Notes: generated by a model not told the origin, from the sequence alone. A stretch of DNA of 64,000 nucleotides from Tubulanus polymorphus (GCF_964204645.1 NC_134032.1:12760275-12824274), one strand, 5' to 3'. Shown: positions 11,801-25,682, counted from the stretch's first letter. A program made the numbers and translations.

Positions 11801-14800
11801 AAACAAACTTGAAAGTTTATTGACACGTTGACAAATAACATGGATTATATTGTGCTTAATATTTTCAACAATAAATGACGTAATATAATTTGTTTCAAGG
11901 ATCAGAAGTTATTTAGAAAAATGAATATATCGATAATTGAATTGAATTAGAATTCACCGGTTGGTCTAGCTCACATCCTCTCAAAAATGATTATTGATAT
12001 TTATTGAAAATAAGATATGAGCAATGAAATGTATTTAATTATGAAGTAAACCCCACAAATTACAATTGTAATTGTTATTTTGAAATGCCAATACAATGAC
12101 GTAGTGCACATCGACTCACACAGAACCCCCTATGTTCATCCTCCCTCTGCAGGGACTCGAACCTGATGGCATCGCTACACTCAGCCACGGCACGAACCCC
12201 TGCATCAGTAGACCGGGTGCGCAGGTACATGCGCAGCTTTCCGAACGAAAACTGGCGGCACCAATCAGATTGTGCTCGTTGTATAATCGTTGAGGCAAAT
12301 TTCAAGGAAGAACTATAAATAGGAAAACCCGGGCTAAAATAAAACGGGATTTCTGATTGGCTAAAAATCACATCATCTGAACTGCGCATGTATCTGCGCA
12401 CACGGTCGATTATGGCAGGGTTTCGTGCCGTGGCAATCTCGATGCCATCAGGTTCGAATCCCTGCCGGGGGAGGATGCCTATGTTTCAATGAATATAAAC
12501 ATGTTTTTACGGCGTCAAATAAGGTTTAGTTTTAAACTGGATTTTCAAACGCCTGTATGAAACCTTGTTGGGAAGATATAGAATTGATTTGATTACTTCG
12601 ATGATTTTCATTTTTTTTCTTTTCAATATCAGATGACGAAATTCAGAAGAGCAAGAAGATGAAAATTGAGCTGAAGGAAACGGCAGTTCCAGGTCAGTTC
12701 CTCCTTAAAAATCTCATTTTAGATTTCCAGGGTTGGATTCCATATTTCGTCGAAATCTTCCATTCGTCCGCGCTTCACATGTGTTCAGGATTTCACCCGA
12801 GACGTAGGCCTATTTAATCGAAATGAACTACAAACACCGGACATTGAGATATTTTATCAGCGCGCTTTCAAAAACTAATCGTCCACACTATGCGTGTTCA
12901 GTACTTCACCTGAGACATTATTGATTGAAAATGAACTACAAACACAGGGGATCAGTCACTCAAAAGTTGGTTAAAGATAACCAGCGGATAAATACCATAG
13001 TAACAATGAACTTTTATTGCACTTGATAAAAATTTATTCTGCCTAAAATCCGTACAAATATGCTCATTGGTTTTACATAGTACATTAAAAGAGAACATAG
13101 AAACCCAAAACCAAAACGAGTTTAATTAAAAGCTTTGATGAACAAACGGGTTTTGCGCTTAGATTTAAAAACATCGATTAAAGGACTAGATTTAATTGGA
13201 CTAGGTAACATATTCCAGGCTTAAGTATTCCACGTAATATCCGCTGGTTTACTTTAATCACAGGCGCGTTGGAAGCAATTTTTGATTGCTGCGGCCAAAT
13301 GCCAATTTTGGACAGGTTCTAAATATTGCCGCGGTGAATTTACTTAATTTCTTCGAAAATGCGGTATAGAAAGACAAGAAAACGTCATTCAGTAAATTAT
13401 TGTGCCGCGGCTTTCGCAGCTGCAGTCGCTGCACTTCAAACGCCACCGAATCAACTTCTGAGTAACTGAGCCCTTGATCGGTATCGTTGTTGTACTGAGG
13501 GAATATTTAATTCATTTGATGCCCCATCGTCCTTACTTTCACAAGGAAATGTATATGCTAACAAACTTTCTTGTATAACGAAATACTTTCTCTATACAAG
13601 GATTTCCATGCGCAAAATCGGATAGGAAAACTCCGAATAAGTTCAGAGTATGTTCGCAGCAGCAGCAGCAGCAGCCGGATAATGGATCTCCAAGTAACTC
13701 CGGACTACGTTTGAAGTTGGAGAGTGAAACTCCAAATAAAGTCGGAGTTCGTTCGGATGACGTGAAAACGACAGCCGGCGTAAGCGATACGGCAGCGGGC
13801 GAGGCGGCGTCGGCGAGTTTATCGTTTTCGCTGGATTCCGCGTCGGATTTACCGCAGACGGTCGATATGGAAACTATGGACGAAGTGAAGACGAGACTAG
13901 AAATGAAATTCGACGAAGTCTCTGCAACAGATCGCAGTGCCAATTCATTGACTTGGAGGACGACGCGCGGTTATCGGACGCCAGGTGAATTGGGAATAAA
14001 AAAGCTGTGGCCGTTTTATATCTACCCCCAGTCTACAGTTCTCGGTCGAGATTGGACTCTATTGGGGTCGAAAAATCACTATTTTTATCTCGCGTTAGAA
14101 TTTGTTTGTCCCTTAATACAAACCTACGACAGGAATGGAATGCGGGGATATAGGAAAATCAGAAATGGATGCACGTTCAAGCCCTAATATAACCGCATAA
14201 TTTTGCTAATGTCAATTTCAACCTGACTTGAGAGCATTCCGGGTGGCCTAGCTCGCTCATTTTTGGTAGTACATACCTGAAAAAGGTCTTAGTAGGACCA
14301 GAAAGGACTGGCAGTCGACCTAAATCATCATTTTTTAATCCATTTGAAACTGTATTGAAGGATATCCAAAAAGTCTTCACTGAAAGGGGTTAATTGAAGA
14401 GAAGTGACTCCATGATTTGAAAGTTTAACAATACGTTTCCATGCCTACGTACCAAACTTCAGTTGAAATGATTTAGGTCGACTGCCTGTCCTTTCTGGTC
14501 CTATTAAGACCTTTTTCAGGTATGTACTACTAAAAATGAGCGAGCTAGGCCACCCGGAATGCTCTCAAGTCAGGTTGAAATAGACATTAGAGCAAAACAT
14601 CTGGGCCAGTTGTTCAAAAGTTTGTTAGAATACCATAGTGACAATGAACTTTCAATTGTCACTATGTCAACTATCCACTGGTTAACTGTAACAAACTTTC
14701 GGACAGCTGGCCGACCCTTTTATCTTGGAGCTGGTAAGAATTAACGCCGATATATGCGGCCTTTCTCTCAAATTCGCAGTTTTGCGGGCCCAAATCGGAA

Positions 14801-17800
14801 GTGGATTCGAATTCAGCGTTTAAACCGGGTTAATTTCGACCCTAAACCGAGAACTGTAGAACTGGCGGTCCAGGAATATTCTCTACATCGCAAAGAAATC
14901 ACGAAAAGACACGATCCAGGATAGATAAGGATTTATTCAATGGATTAATGATAATCTAGGAATGGCATGAAGCGTCATATTCTGGATTAGGAATCCAAAC
15001 TCTCGGACTAATAAGTAGGAGGTTAAAACGTGCAATGTCGGCCGGGTATTATACCCCATGTTCGGCGTCGTATATTTAAGACCACAAATCTCGCCGGCGG
15101 AAAGATCTTTTCAGGAATCCATGAACGTTTTTATTTTCAGCCGCCGCCGCTGGAAGTGCGCGACAACTCGGAATGCGTGACACGTTGTTAGAGACGCCTG
15201 CGGTATCGTTACCAGGTAAAAACTGGAGTCGATTGCGTTTTGGAATCGGGCGTTTGTTGCCCGGAATGAATCATCTCAAAATTCATGATTTAAAAATGGA
15301 TTTATTTCGCTTTAAATTGTGTGGATCGAATATTCGTAAAACTTGGATAAAATGGATCGAATTTCACTATTTGACCTCTACTGTGTAATCATGTGCCGAC
15401 AATGCTACTGGTGGCAATCGAGGATTCCGCTTTAGTGCCAAGTGAGGATCTACCTAGTGTCACTGGTGCGCTGTGGCACATCATCTACTGCTGCAATAGA
15501 GGGCTTCACTATAATGGCAAGTGAGGATCCACCAGGTGTCGCTAGTGTGCAGTAGGACATCAACTACTGCGGCAATGGACAATTTCACATGTCAGGCGGG
15601 CTTGTTAGTGTGCCGTGGGACAGTAAAACCGGGTTCCCGAGTTGGTTAACGGAAAAAGAAACCCGAAACCTGCTTGATGTTTTCCTTAGTGGGTCAAGAG
15701 GGAAAAAGTAAAATGATTTTGTTGAAATGAAATAAATCAATGTGCTTGTTATGTATTTTAACAGATGAATGGCAGAAAGAAGATGTTACTGAGTTGCTTG
15801 ATCGCATTCTGAAAGCATTGCCGAAAAATGATCATTTACAGATGAAAACGCAGTGCGAGAAGTTTAAGTGGGAGGATATTAGTTTTGGGGAGCATAGCGC
15901 CGAAGAGTGCAAAGCGCAATGGTTGATGCTCTCAAAACGGGTAAGTGTTCGGAGAACCTACTGCGGTAATAGAGGATTCTACTTGTGGCGAGTGAAGATT
16001 CAGCATTGGTTTATGTCGACTATTGGTCCGAGCTGATTATCTTGATGCATGATAGTTCGTCCTGATGCATGCTGGTTATCAATTGATTTCGGAGTTGTTA
16101 ATTTTCGTTGTCCGTTTATTTTCGTAGATTCGTCGATTCAGAACGCTGACGGAGATGGCGACCGATGCGGCGCAGATGATGAATGAGTACGGCGTCATCA
16201 GTGCTAACAAGAAACAGTTAAAGGTAAGTTAAAAGATTGTTAAAACAATTTATAAAACTTGTGCTCAAAATTTCTAATACTTAGTATGTTATACAAGTTC
16301 TGGTTGAAATTATACTATTCTCAACTTTGCTGTGTCTACTGAATTAACTCTTACTCAGTAGGCCTATTTGACCCCAACTCATGGTCGAATTTTACCAGTC
16401 TCATCTTTACCGCAGTAAGAGACAGAGTCTACTGTATTTCACAAACTCTTACTCAGTATTTGGCCCCAACTCGGGATAGAATTTTATTGGTCTCAACTTT
16501 ACTTCAAGTTAGAAACAAAGTCTACTACTTATTTCTCAAACTCTTAAACTAAATATTTGACTCTAGCTCAGGGTAGAATTTTACCAGTCTCCTTTACTTC
16601 CCGAATATATTCGATAAATTTTATCATATTTCGACAGCATCGTGATCCCGATTGTCCGAAACGCCCGATGACGCCGTTCTTCAGATATTATATGGATCAC
16701 TATAAGAGACTGAAGGAGCATAATCCAGACATGTCGGCGCCGGAAATGACGAAATATCTCTCCGAACAATTCAAAGATATTTCAGCCAAGAAAAAGGTAA
16801 GTTTTTTTCCGAACTAACCCTCAAACTTCCTCATTCCAGGGCTGTCGTCTTACAAACGGCGGTAAGTCCCCGTTTCACGGAGACTCGAGTCTTTAACACA
16901 TGGTGCCTACAGCCCCTCAAATCCCTCAAAAACCCCTCAAATTCCAAGATCCATTTTTAAAGGTACAAAATCCCTCAAATTCGGTTTAATGTTTTTAAAA
17001 CAAGATCGCATTTCTGGATTATTTCAATTTCATCTTCAATTGACCCGAGCAAAAAAGCAATTTTCTTAGAAAATTATTTTTAATTTCCTATTTTGGCAGA
17101 AAAAATACAATGACAAGTATCTGAAGGATCGCGCTGATTACGGAGAGGCGTATGAAAAATACAAGTAACTATTCACTCATGAGATTTTAAGATACGACTA
17201 AACTCGATAAGATTTTTCGTTAAATTTATGGGGTTTTTTATTTCAGACAGGAACACCCGGAGAAATTCTTGCAAGCGAACAAAAGTTCGTCCGGCACGAA
17301 TCGAAAAATCGGACCGATGAAACCGTCGTTGGCGTATCATATCTACACTACGCAGAAAGTAAAGGAACATCTCGAAAAACATCCGGAGGTTCGTAGTATA
17401 TCAACGGAGTCACGTTGTTCTCGCTGGTTCAAAATTAAAGCATAGCGGCACGCGACCTTATCAGGAATGGGTGTGGTGTGACCGTTATTGGCATTGATTT
17501 CCTTTATTTTTAGCACACAGGGAAATCCCTGGATATTTATAGGCGCTACCACTTGAGTGAAACTATACAATTATTGACGTATATACTAAGTAACAGTAAC
17601 TATGAGAATGTGTTTATACAATTATTGATGCACCCGTTATAAGATTGAGCGTGTGAACCTGACAGTCTTAGAAAGCCTGATAAGTAAATAAACTCCCGAT
17701 CATTTTTTTAAGCATGGGGTATCTTTTATATGCGTGGCGGTAAAGTGCCGTAGCATGGTGGGCCGCCGTGCTAAAACCCCTCAGCGAGAACACTGCGTCA

Positions 17801-20800
17801 CCCTGGGCCCAGTTTTATAGACTGGTTTTTAACTGTTACACAGGGGTTAAAGTATTTGAAAATGCATTATTGAGTCAGACCCCGGTTAAGGTTGATACCA
17901 GTCTATAAAACCGGGCCAAGAATTCTATCGAACGGTGGCCCTGAAAATTTCTGGTAAAATCTTAGGAAAGGCCCACCACTCTCCAGATAGTGTGTGTGAT
18001 GTAACGGGATGACCACTTAACTGAACATCAGGGAAACGGTGAACTTTCTTTGCTTGAAAAGAATCAGGGAATTTGGTAAAAAAACAAACAACAGGCAACA
18101 GGGAAATTACAGGGAATAGGTTTTTCATATTTTGGCTGTTTTGATTGATTGGAATCTTAGCAGGTAAAGTCAGGGTAAACAACTTACATGTCAGAAACTT
18201 GCAAATCATATAAAAGTGGCTGTACATATACTGTTTAAGTCTGTTGCGCGGAGGTTAGTTCATTTTCAATCAACTTTGAACTGAAACAATGGATTCTTTT
18301 CGTTGTAGCTTCCACGGAAGGAACTGGTTGAAGCGTATCGTAAACGTTGGAGCGATATGTCGGAGGCTCGTCGACAAAAATGGGTGCGACGCGCGATGGA
18401 AGATAAAATACGCTACGAGGTAAAATATTTGAACCAAACCCGCTGTCTCTAAAATAACGAAAAATTTATTAGTCGCTAAGTTTGGTTCGATGATTCGCAT
18501 TTTCAGAAAGAGATGTTGGAGTTCTGTGAACAGCATCCGGATTTCGTGCCAACCGGACGATCGGTGAAATTCAACAAAGCCGAACAGAAAATCAAAGATA
18601 TGATGGACGGAAAACCGGTTAGACCTCCGCCGTAAGTATTGCAGTCTCCGCTCCGGTCGAGGGAGGTCCACGGGTTCGGTGGCTGAGGACTGGTGTTACT
18701 GACCAGTTCTATCTTAATAAATTGTGGTACACTAGAGCTACCACCAGTTCCTGGTTTTCAATATTTGTTACTATTTCATAATGAGAAATACTGAGGTGAT
18801 TTGTTGGATATGTAGTACAGAAATATTTAAGATGTTACTGAGGGTCTTACTGTTGATTTCTGATTACTTTAACATTTTCTTTCATATTTCAATGAAATGT
18901 TACTGAAAGAAATTCAATTTGTTACTGATAGCACTTTTCAGAGGTTGGCAGCGCTGGAAGAAATACTGATTTAATTAGTTTGATGTGTTCAAAAATGTAA
19001 AAGATGTTACAGAGGGTCATATCCCTTGATTACTGATTAATTTGGCGTGGTATTTTGAATGAAATTTTCGTGAAAAAGATAGCACTATCCAGAGGTTGGC
19101 AACTGTGGTAAAATTCTAACTTTGGTAGTCAACCTTGCGCAAGAACTCTGAAATTAGATTCAGTTTAACTAAAACCATGTATGGAGCGCTGTAGGAATTG
19201 ATTGTTAAGTCGTGCTTGTATTTCAGAAATGCGTACGCTTTGTTTACGTCGATCACGCTTCAAGGCGGCGAGTTGAAAGACATTCCGAATATGGAGCGAA
19301 TGTCGGAGGTAGCGAAACGATGGAAGTCTCTGACGACCGCCGAGAAAGACGTATTCGTGAAAGAGGCCGAAGAGGTAAGACAGATAAATAACTAGATGAT
19401 ATGCTACTTAACCCTTTCAGTGCGTCTACACTGCAGTGTGGTGTATAAATCAGTGATAGATTTTGCTAGTACACTGCACTGCGGTGTATTGATTGTAATT
19501 AGTAATTATCTCTGTTGAAAAATGGCAGCACCTGTCAAACATAGTGAAATATTAGTAACTAACGATACACTGCACCGCGGTGTAGACGCACTATAGTGGT
19601 ATTCCTGTTATTCAACACACTAGGGTGGAATTTTTGAAAAATTTCAAATTATCTCCAGCACTATAGGGTATTAATTAGTCAGCACTGAAAGGGTTAAAAG
19701 TGCGCAAAGATAGATACCGGTACAAAGAGCACTGATATTTTTTTCAATAACAATCGGAGAAAAACATTTCATCCTGCCAGTTAAGATACTTTGTTACTTT
19801 AATTTCTGGTCATTCCACCTGATGATGGCTGTCAGTCAACAGTCAAAACAGACAATAACTTCTATCATATAGAATTCGAATTGTGGGATTTCTTCAATTA
19901 TGACCCGAGAAAGAAATATTTCATAGAAACTATTAGACAAAAATATGAGACATAAAGTAGGACATATTTTACCGCAGCGCCTTCATTAAGAACAATTTAA
20001 GAGAGGTACTTAAAGGACACTTGACATGTAAGATAACAGGCCACTGTACATAGGCCTATGGCCTTTGATAATAGATAATGATATGATATGACATATGATA
20101 TTATTGATTGATATATGATATGATATGATATGATATGATGGATTGGACCTTACGGATAATATCACCCTCTGAATGAATGTTCTTGTTGTCTTGGTAAACG
20201 AATTTCGTTTCGATTTTAGAAAAACAACGCCTTTAAGTCGGAATACGAAGAATGGGTGAAGACTTTGACGCCGGAGGAACAAGAAAAACTCGCTTCCGAA
20301 GAGAGGAAACGTAAGAAGAAAACGAAGGTAAAATTATGTGGAATTTATTCTAAGTCTGTGTGTTAATAATACAGTTAGGGGGGATCCTTCTGTAGGCTCT
20401 TTTACCTGGTATCATTGCTAGAAAGTATCTCATAAGATACAAGAACCTCCACTGTCTGTATCCCGGGTCAAAGTTTGGTGGCATCCCAGTTTGCTTTTGA
20501 TTAAAGATTCATATCAAGAAAACTCTAATTCTAGCGCTGAAATCAGAAATCTCGTGTTACCTGTCGGGATAGATTCCTTTCAATTTTTATTAACCCACCA
20601 AAAAGTCTCGTACCCTCACGATATGGGGATACTGCCGAAATCATTGAGCTGGGCTGCTGTGTGTCGAACTGGAGAGCTTTACCTCGCGAGTATGCCCAAT
20701 ATACAGTCGCAAATACAAAACGACAAGACTATTCAATAGTTAGTTTCTGAAAGTAAAAGTGTTTCCGAACTGATGCATGCACGGCAGCTTGCTCACTTCA

Positions 20801-23800
20801 GTTCTATAGTTCTTTAACTAGTCAAGGAATTTTTGTGAAATTACTCTGTAACTAATACCTCTCTTCTGTAAAACAATTTAAAATCTTTTTTACGCATTTT
20901 CAGGACACAACCAAGAGAGGGTATGTATAAACAGAATTATTTGAAATAAGGTGCAATACAACATCCACTGTTTACCGAGATAAGCAGTACCAATTTGGGA
21001 GTGGTCTACAGTAATTGGGATACAAAAGTGATGCAGACGCTTACTTGAAGTTTTCTCCTTTGAAACTTAGTTCTTATGAAAATAGTTCTTATATCCAGGA
21101 ATATGACCGATATACGTAGACCCTGGAATGATTAATTTTTGTGTGATGATCAATTGTAGAAGTTCCGATGAAAGCTCAAAAACTGCCACGAAAAAGTCCG
21201 GCAAAGTTAAACGCACACTGTATCCAGGCGAACCGAAGAAACCTCCCGGGTAAGTTCTATAGGTCTCACATAGATGGCGGTGCTGTCTGTTTCATTATTA
21301 TGTTGCAGCACATTATATGGATTGTCTACTACCAATTTCCTTAGCTTGACCCATAGACAGGCTGTCATTATTCCCTGAGTGGCCCGAGGAACCTCTTTGA
21401 GTAGAAACAGCCCTCACTGAGGATGTCTCAAAAAATTATCAGGGACATTTCAATCAAGGGTCAGAGAGAATTTGAATTTTTTGTGTCTCGTTGTTCTTGC
21501 TGGTGTGGAGTTGCACGATGAACCTCTTTGAGTAGAAACAGCCCTCGATGAGGATATTTGAGGAAATTTTGGACAAGGTTCAGGGAAATATCTGGGAAGT
21601 TTGGATTACTTGATCTGTATGGAGCCAGTTGGAATTTTCGACGTCAAATCAAAATTATTTTCCGCTAACTGATGTATTCCATCATTCTGCAGGAGCGGCT
21701 ATCACATGTTCACGATCGAGAAACTGCCGACGTTTTCCGAAACGCCGGCGAAGGAACGTCTCGGGCGTATCAGCGAACTGTGGCGCGCGATGACAGACGA
21801 CGAGAAGGCTGAATATACGCGACGCCGCGACAAACGCGTCGCCAAATACGAGAAAGCGTTGAAATCTTTCAAATCGGTAAAAATCAGTTTGAAAAAAAAA
21901 AAAGATAAATGATGACATAGAATCCCACAATACGAATGATAGAGCCCTTTCAGTGCTTAACCCTTTCCTACACTGCTGTCGCTGTGGACTTTACTAGTAC
22001 TCTGTTGTTATCTGTATGAAAAGATGGCAGCACGAGTCAAACATAGTGAAACAGTTACTAAGGATACACCGCACCGCGTAGTAGAAACACTATTGTGGTA
22101 TGCCTGTTATTCAATACACTGGGTTGCAATTTTTTTGCAATTTTCAAATCTTGTGCTTTAGGGGTATTGATTAGTTCGCACTGAAAGTCTTTGTTTTGGA
22201 TTGTATATATTCCTAGAAATTTTGATATAATTTAGGTAAAACTTAGTGAAACTTTGAAATAAACTACTACGCATGAGGGCAGTACTATTGATACATAAAT
22301 CTTAACCCAAGGAAACAATTCAGACTCAATATTTTGTCTATTCCTATTGTCGGATTTTATATCGTTAAAACATGGACAGACCTTTCCATAAGAGTCTATT
22401 TTGAAAAGAAAAAAGTGAAAATATTTTTACTATAGTCTAACGCAGAGATTTGTTTGTTTTTCAGACTTTGACGCCGGAAGAGCTAGAAAATTATGAAGCT
22501 TCGAAGGCGAATACAGGAAAATCTAGTGTGAGTAATTCATATCCCACAGTGTCTATATATCCGAGAACACTACTGTTGTGCTGTCTCTTAGTTCCTGTCA
22601 CCAGTTCTCAGTGCTACTGTTAACTTCGCCTCAGGTTTCAAGATATTTCTCTTTATTTCATTATTTCGTTCTTACAATCGGTCGTATTTGAGTTCTTTCA
22701 AGCGTTCCTGGACCCGGTTCCACAGTTGTGAGTTCGAGTTAACTCCGAGTTAAAATCAGTTCATTTTCAATGTTTTAACTCAAAAGAGTCAAATTTAACT
22801 CGGAACTGTGGAACTGGATCGTGCTGACTGTCTTCACACATTCTCTTCCTTATCCTGTTCCATTCTATCCAGTTCTATCTTCCTATGCCTTTCCTCCCTC
22901 CAAAAGTAAAGTCAAGGAAAAAAGCAAATCGACTTAAAGTGGCCACCGCATTAAAGTATTGTATTGTCTTTTCGCAGAAATCGAGGGCTAAAAACGTGAA
23001 AGTTGAACCGGCGAGCGAAGATGAATCATCGTCGAGTAGCTCGGACGAGAGCGATGACGACGATGACGACTCCAGCAATGAGGACGAAGAGAAAGCTCCG
23101 GAGGTCATCGTCAACGGCGATCAGAAATCGGCGAGCTCGTCGAGTAGCGAAGAGTCAGCGGCCGATGACTCGGATAACGGCGGCGATGACGGCGCCGACT
23201 CGTCGGACGACGAGTCGAAATCAAAACATTCCGACTCGGAGAAAGAAAATCGTCAGGTAAGAGATGTTGGAACCAGTAATGACAGTAAAGGTCGGCGAAA
23301 TGTGAAATGTATTTTGGTGTCATGAATGTCAAAAAAATGTCATCAACTCAGCAAAATACACCCCAATGCTACCAAGTTCCCTGATTCTCAACTCGGTGAA
23401 ATATTTGCAGTCCCCCAGCGCTAACGAGTTCCCTGATTCTCAAATCAGTGTAATATTTACAGTTCCCGTTGCTACGGAGTTCCTCGATTGTCAACTCGGT
23501 GAAGTGTTTTTGTAGTCCCCCAACGCTACTGAGTTCCCTCATTGTCAACTTGGTAAAATATTTACAACAGTCCCAGCAATGCTGAGTTCCCTGATTGTCA
23601 ACTCAATGAAATCCGCCTCCAAGCTACTAAGTTCCTCGATTGTCATCTGGCTGAAATAGCAGGCCAATCCTATGGAGTTCCTTGGGGTGGTGCCAGTTCA
23701 ATAGGAAAATGGCCTCTCCTGATATTCACATTATAGCGCCTGAGGTTTTACAATGAGTGCCTTTCAACGATTTTCAGGTTCCAGATGATAATAACGGTCA

Positions 23801-23906
23801 GAATAACGAGGAGGGCTCACCTTCAGCGAGTTCCTCGAGTGAATCTGAAAGCGAGGCGGCGAGTAAAGGTTCCTCATCGTCAGAAGAATCGGGTGATGAA
23901 AATTAA
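8870..23906 (+). CDS. UBTF: Nucleolar transcription factor 1 (UBF)-like: N-terminal extension, dimerisation domain, four HMG boxes, acidic Ser-rich tail
   Basis: Exons 8870-9023, 12633-12692, 13601-13984, 15141-15215, 15765-15940, 16128-16223, 16638-16796, 17100-17164, 17247-17388, 18309-18419, 18507-18631, 19227-19374, 20220-20327, 20904-20920, 21160-21249, 21693-21876, 22465-22527, 22978-23256, 23778-23906 (TAA). EWQKEDVTELL...KWEDISF...ECKAQW...IRRFRTLTEM, PDCPKRPMTPFFRY and KAEQKIKDMMDGKPVRPPPNAY match vertebrate UBF. The first four exons are less certain. Confidence 0.9.
12137..12477. mobile_element. hAT-like MITE with long imperfect TIRs and an 8-bp TSD
   Basis: CATCCTCC.../...GGAGGATG termini, >100 bp inverted arms, and identical cctatgtt at 12129-12136 and 12478-12485. 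Confidence 0.85.
12948..13474. mobile_element. MITE-like element with internal insertions
   Basis: Inverted termini tcagtcactcaaaagttg / caacttctgagtaactga and an inner ccagcggata / tatccgctgg pair. Confidence 0.55.
14028..14865. mobile_element. Nested MITEs: outer 14028-14865, inner long-IR element 14206-14590, small GGCC-ended element 14604-14712
   Basis: Outer TIR ccagtctacagttctcggt / accgagaactgtagaactgg; inner ~125-bp near-perfect inverted arms; ggccagttgttc / ggacagctggcc. Confidence 0.8.
15400..15620 (+). repeat. Degenerate copies of the 76-bp satellite family (see 56588-57285)
   Basis: ggcaatcgaggattcc...gaggatccaccaggtgtcgctagtgtgcagtaggacat. Confidence 0.75.
17804..17918. mobile_element. 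Short MITE
   Basis: TIR ggcccagttttatagactgg / ccagtctataaaaccgggcc. Confidence 0.75.
19412..19693. mobile_element. piggyBac-type MITE; degenerate copies at ~21945-22187 and ~24090-24322
   Basis: TTAA|CCCTTTCAGTGC ... GCACTGAAAGGG|TTAA, with shared internal atggcagcacctgtcaaacatagtgaaa. Confidence 0.85.
20075..20140. repeat. (GATAT)n microsatellite
   Basis: Direct observation. Confidence 0.85.
23365..23650. repeat. ~52-bp minisatellite, about 6 copies
   Basis: Recurring gagttccctgatt(c/g)tcaactcggtgaaatattt. Confidence 0.85.
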
Positions 23907-25682
23907 TGCATAATTCTGCCACCTGGTGGCACTATGTACTGGCGTGAATCATCTCATCCGTGTATCTATTTTAAAATTTGGTCGGTAAAAGACTTTTATA
24001 TGCATATTTCTGTGCGACTTAATCTGAATAATTTGGTAGCAGTAAACTGTAAATAATGTCTGCATTTATAGAATGAAATCCGGATTCATCCTTCCGGTGC
24101 GATGTATAAATCGGCAATGAACTTTGTTTGTACATCGCATCGCTGGTGTATGAACGTTATTCGTAATTAGTTATCACCTCTATTGAAAGATGGCATCACC
24201 TGTCAAACATAATGAAAAATTAATAATTAACGATACACCGCATGGCGGTGTAGATGAACTCCGTTATTCATCGCACTGGGGTGGAATTTTCATATCTCCA
24301 GCAATTTTGTCAGCGGGGTTAAGAAAGACATTTCTTAACCCCGAACGGGAAAACTCGTAATGTTGTTATATCATGGATGAAAATGATTAGAATTTTACAA
24401 AAGCATTTATCATAGAGTTGAAAGCTTTGCTTGATCCGACGATGATATTTTAATGATGTTTGGGGATCGAAAATCAGTTTTTGGAGGCACGCGATAATCA
24501 GAGGCAATCGACTCCAGGGTAAACGGATGTACGATACATGCTCCCAATTGAGAAGCGGGATCACTCAGTTCTGGCATTTTTATCCCACATTGTGATTATA
24601 GCTTGGGTAATTAATTGATTTGATCGATTTCACTTGATTCTTAAATTTTTGTTAACGAGCTTAAATGAATTACCGGTAATCGATTTTCAAAGGTTCTATT
24701 TTTTTTTCTGAAAACTTGCACAAATCGTAACTAGCTTAGAATTTTTAATCGCATGTATTATAGTATATATCTTATTCTGTGTGTAATTGATTTCGTCGTA
24801 TTTTAATTTTTTTGATTTTATTTTAACCAATGATGATGTGTTTGTTTGCTGGTGAATCATCTGCGTAGAAGCGTTGCCGTTTCACTAGAGGAGTGAGAAT
24901 TATTCGTAATTTGATACAGTATGTTGACTATATTGAGATAACTCGTACTGGATATACTGAAAAATGAACTGATTTTAACTTTCGCAATCGACCTCTCGGT
25001 TCCACAACTGTGCGGAACTGGGTCCAGGTTCCACCGCTTCAGACATTCCGCATTAGTAATAATTTGTTGAAAATTTGTCTGGTATTCTTAGACTACTCTA
25101 CATATTGTAGTTCAATATCGATGAAACGTGAGGTCCCGAAGACATGCTTTTATTCACTTGACGAGCAAATATCGGGAGAATAGTGGTAGGTTTAAGTATC
25201 GAAATGTCCGAAAGGGGCCAGGTTGCTGATTGATGCATGTACTTGCATTTCAGAAGGTTAATGTGCGTCTGTCTGTATGGGGTATATATTTTTTACGTGA
25301 CACAGTTTTGTAAACAGCCACGTTCAAATAATTTTATATATTACGATGTATGTTTGTGATACACAGTCAAAAATGGTAAATAGTAACTGCTCACTGATTT
25401 TCAATCATGAATAAACTTGAATGTTTACAAAATGCTACTCGCTTTCCTTAAAATTTTGATGAGGCTTTATTTATCCAGACTTGATGAGTTGACAAGGTGC
25501 GTGTAATGCAATGGAGATAAGCCCAATGACTGCCTGAAATCTGTGAATTATTGACTACTGAGTGCTGAATCGAGGTTTTGGATTCAAGCCAGGTCTAGTG
25601 TTAATGCGGAACTTGGTAGCAGCACTGTGTGGTCAATATAGATTTCGTTCCAGTAGCCTAAAAAAGATACCAAATCCGCTGA

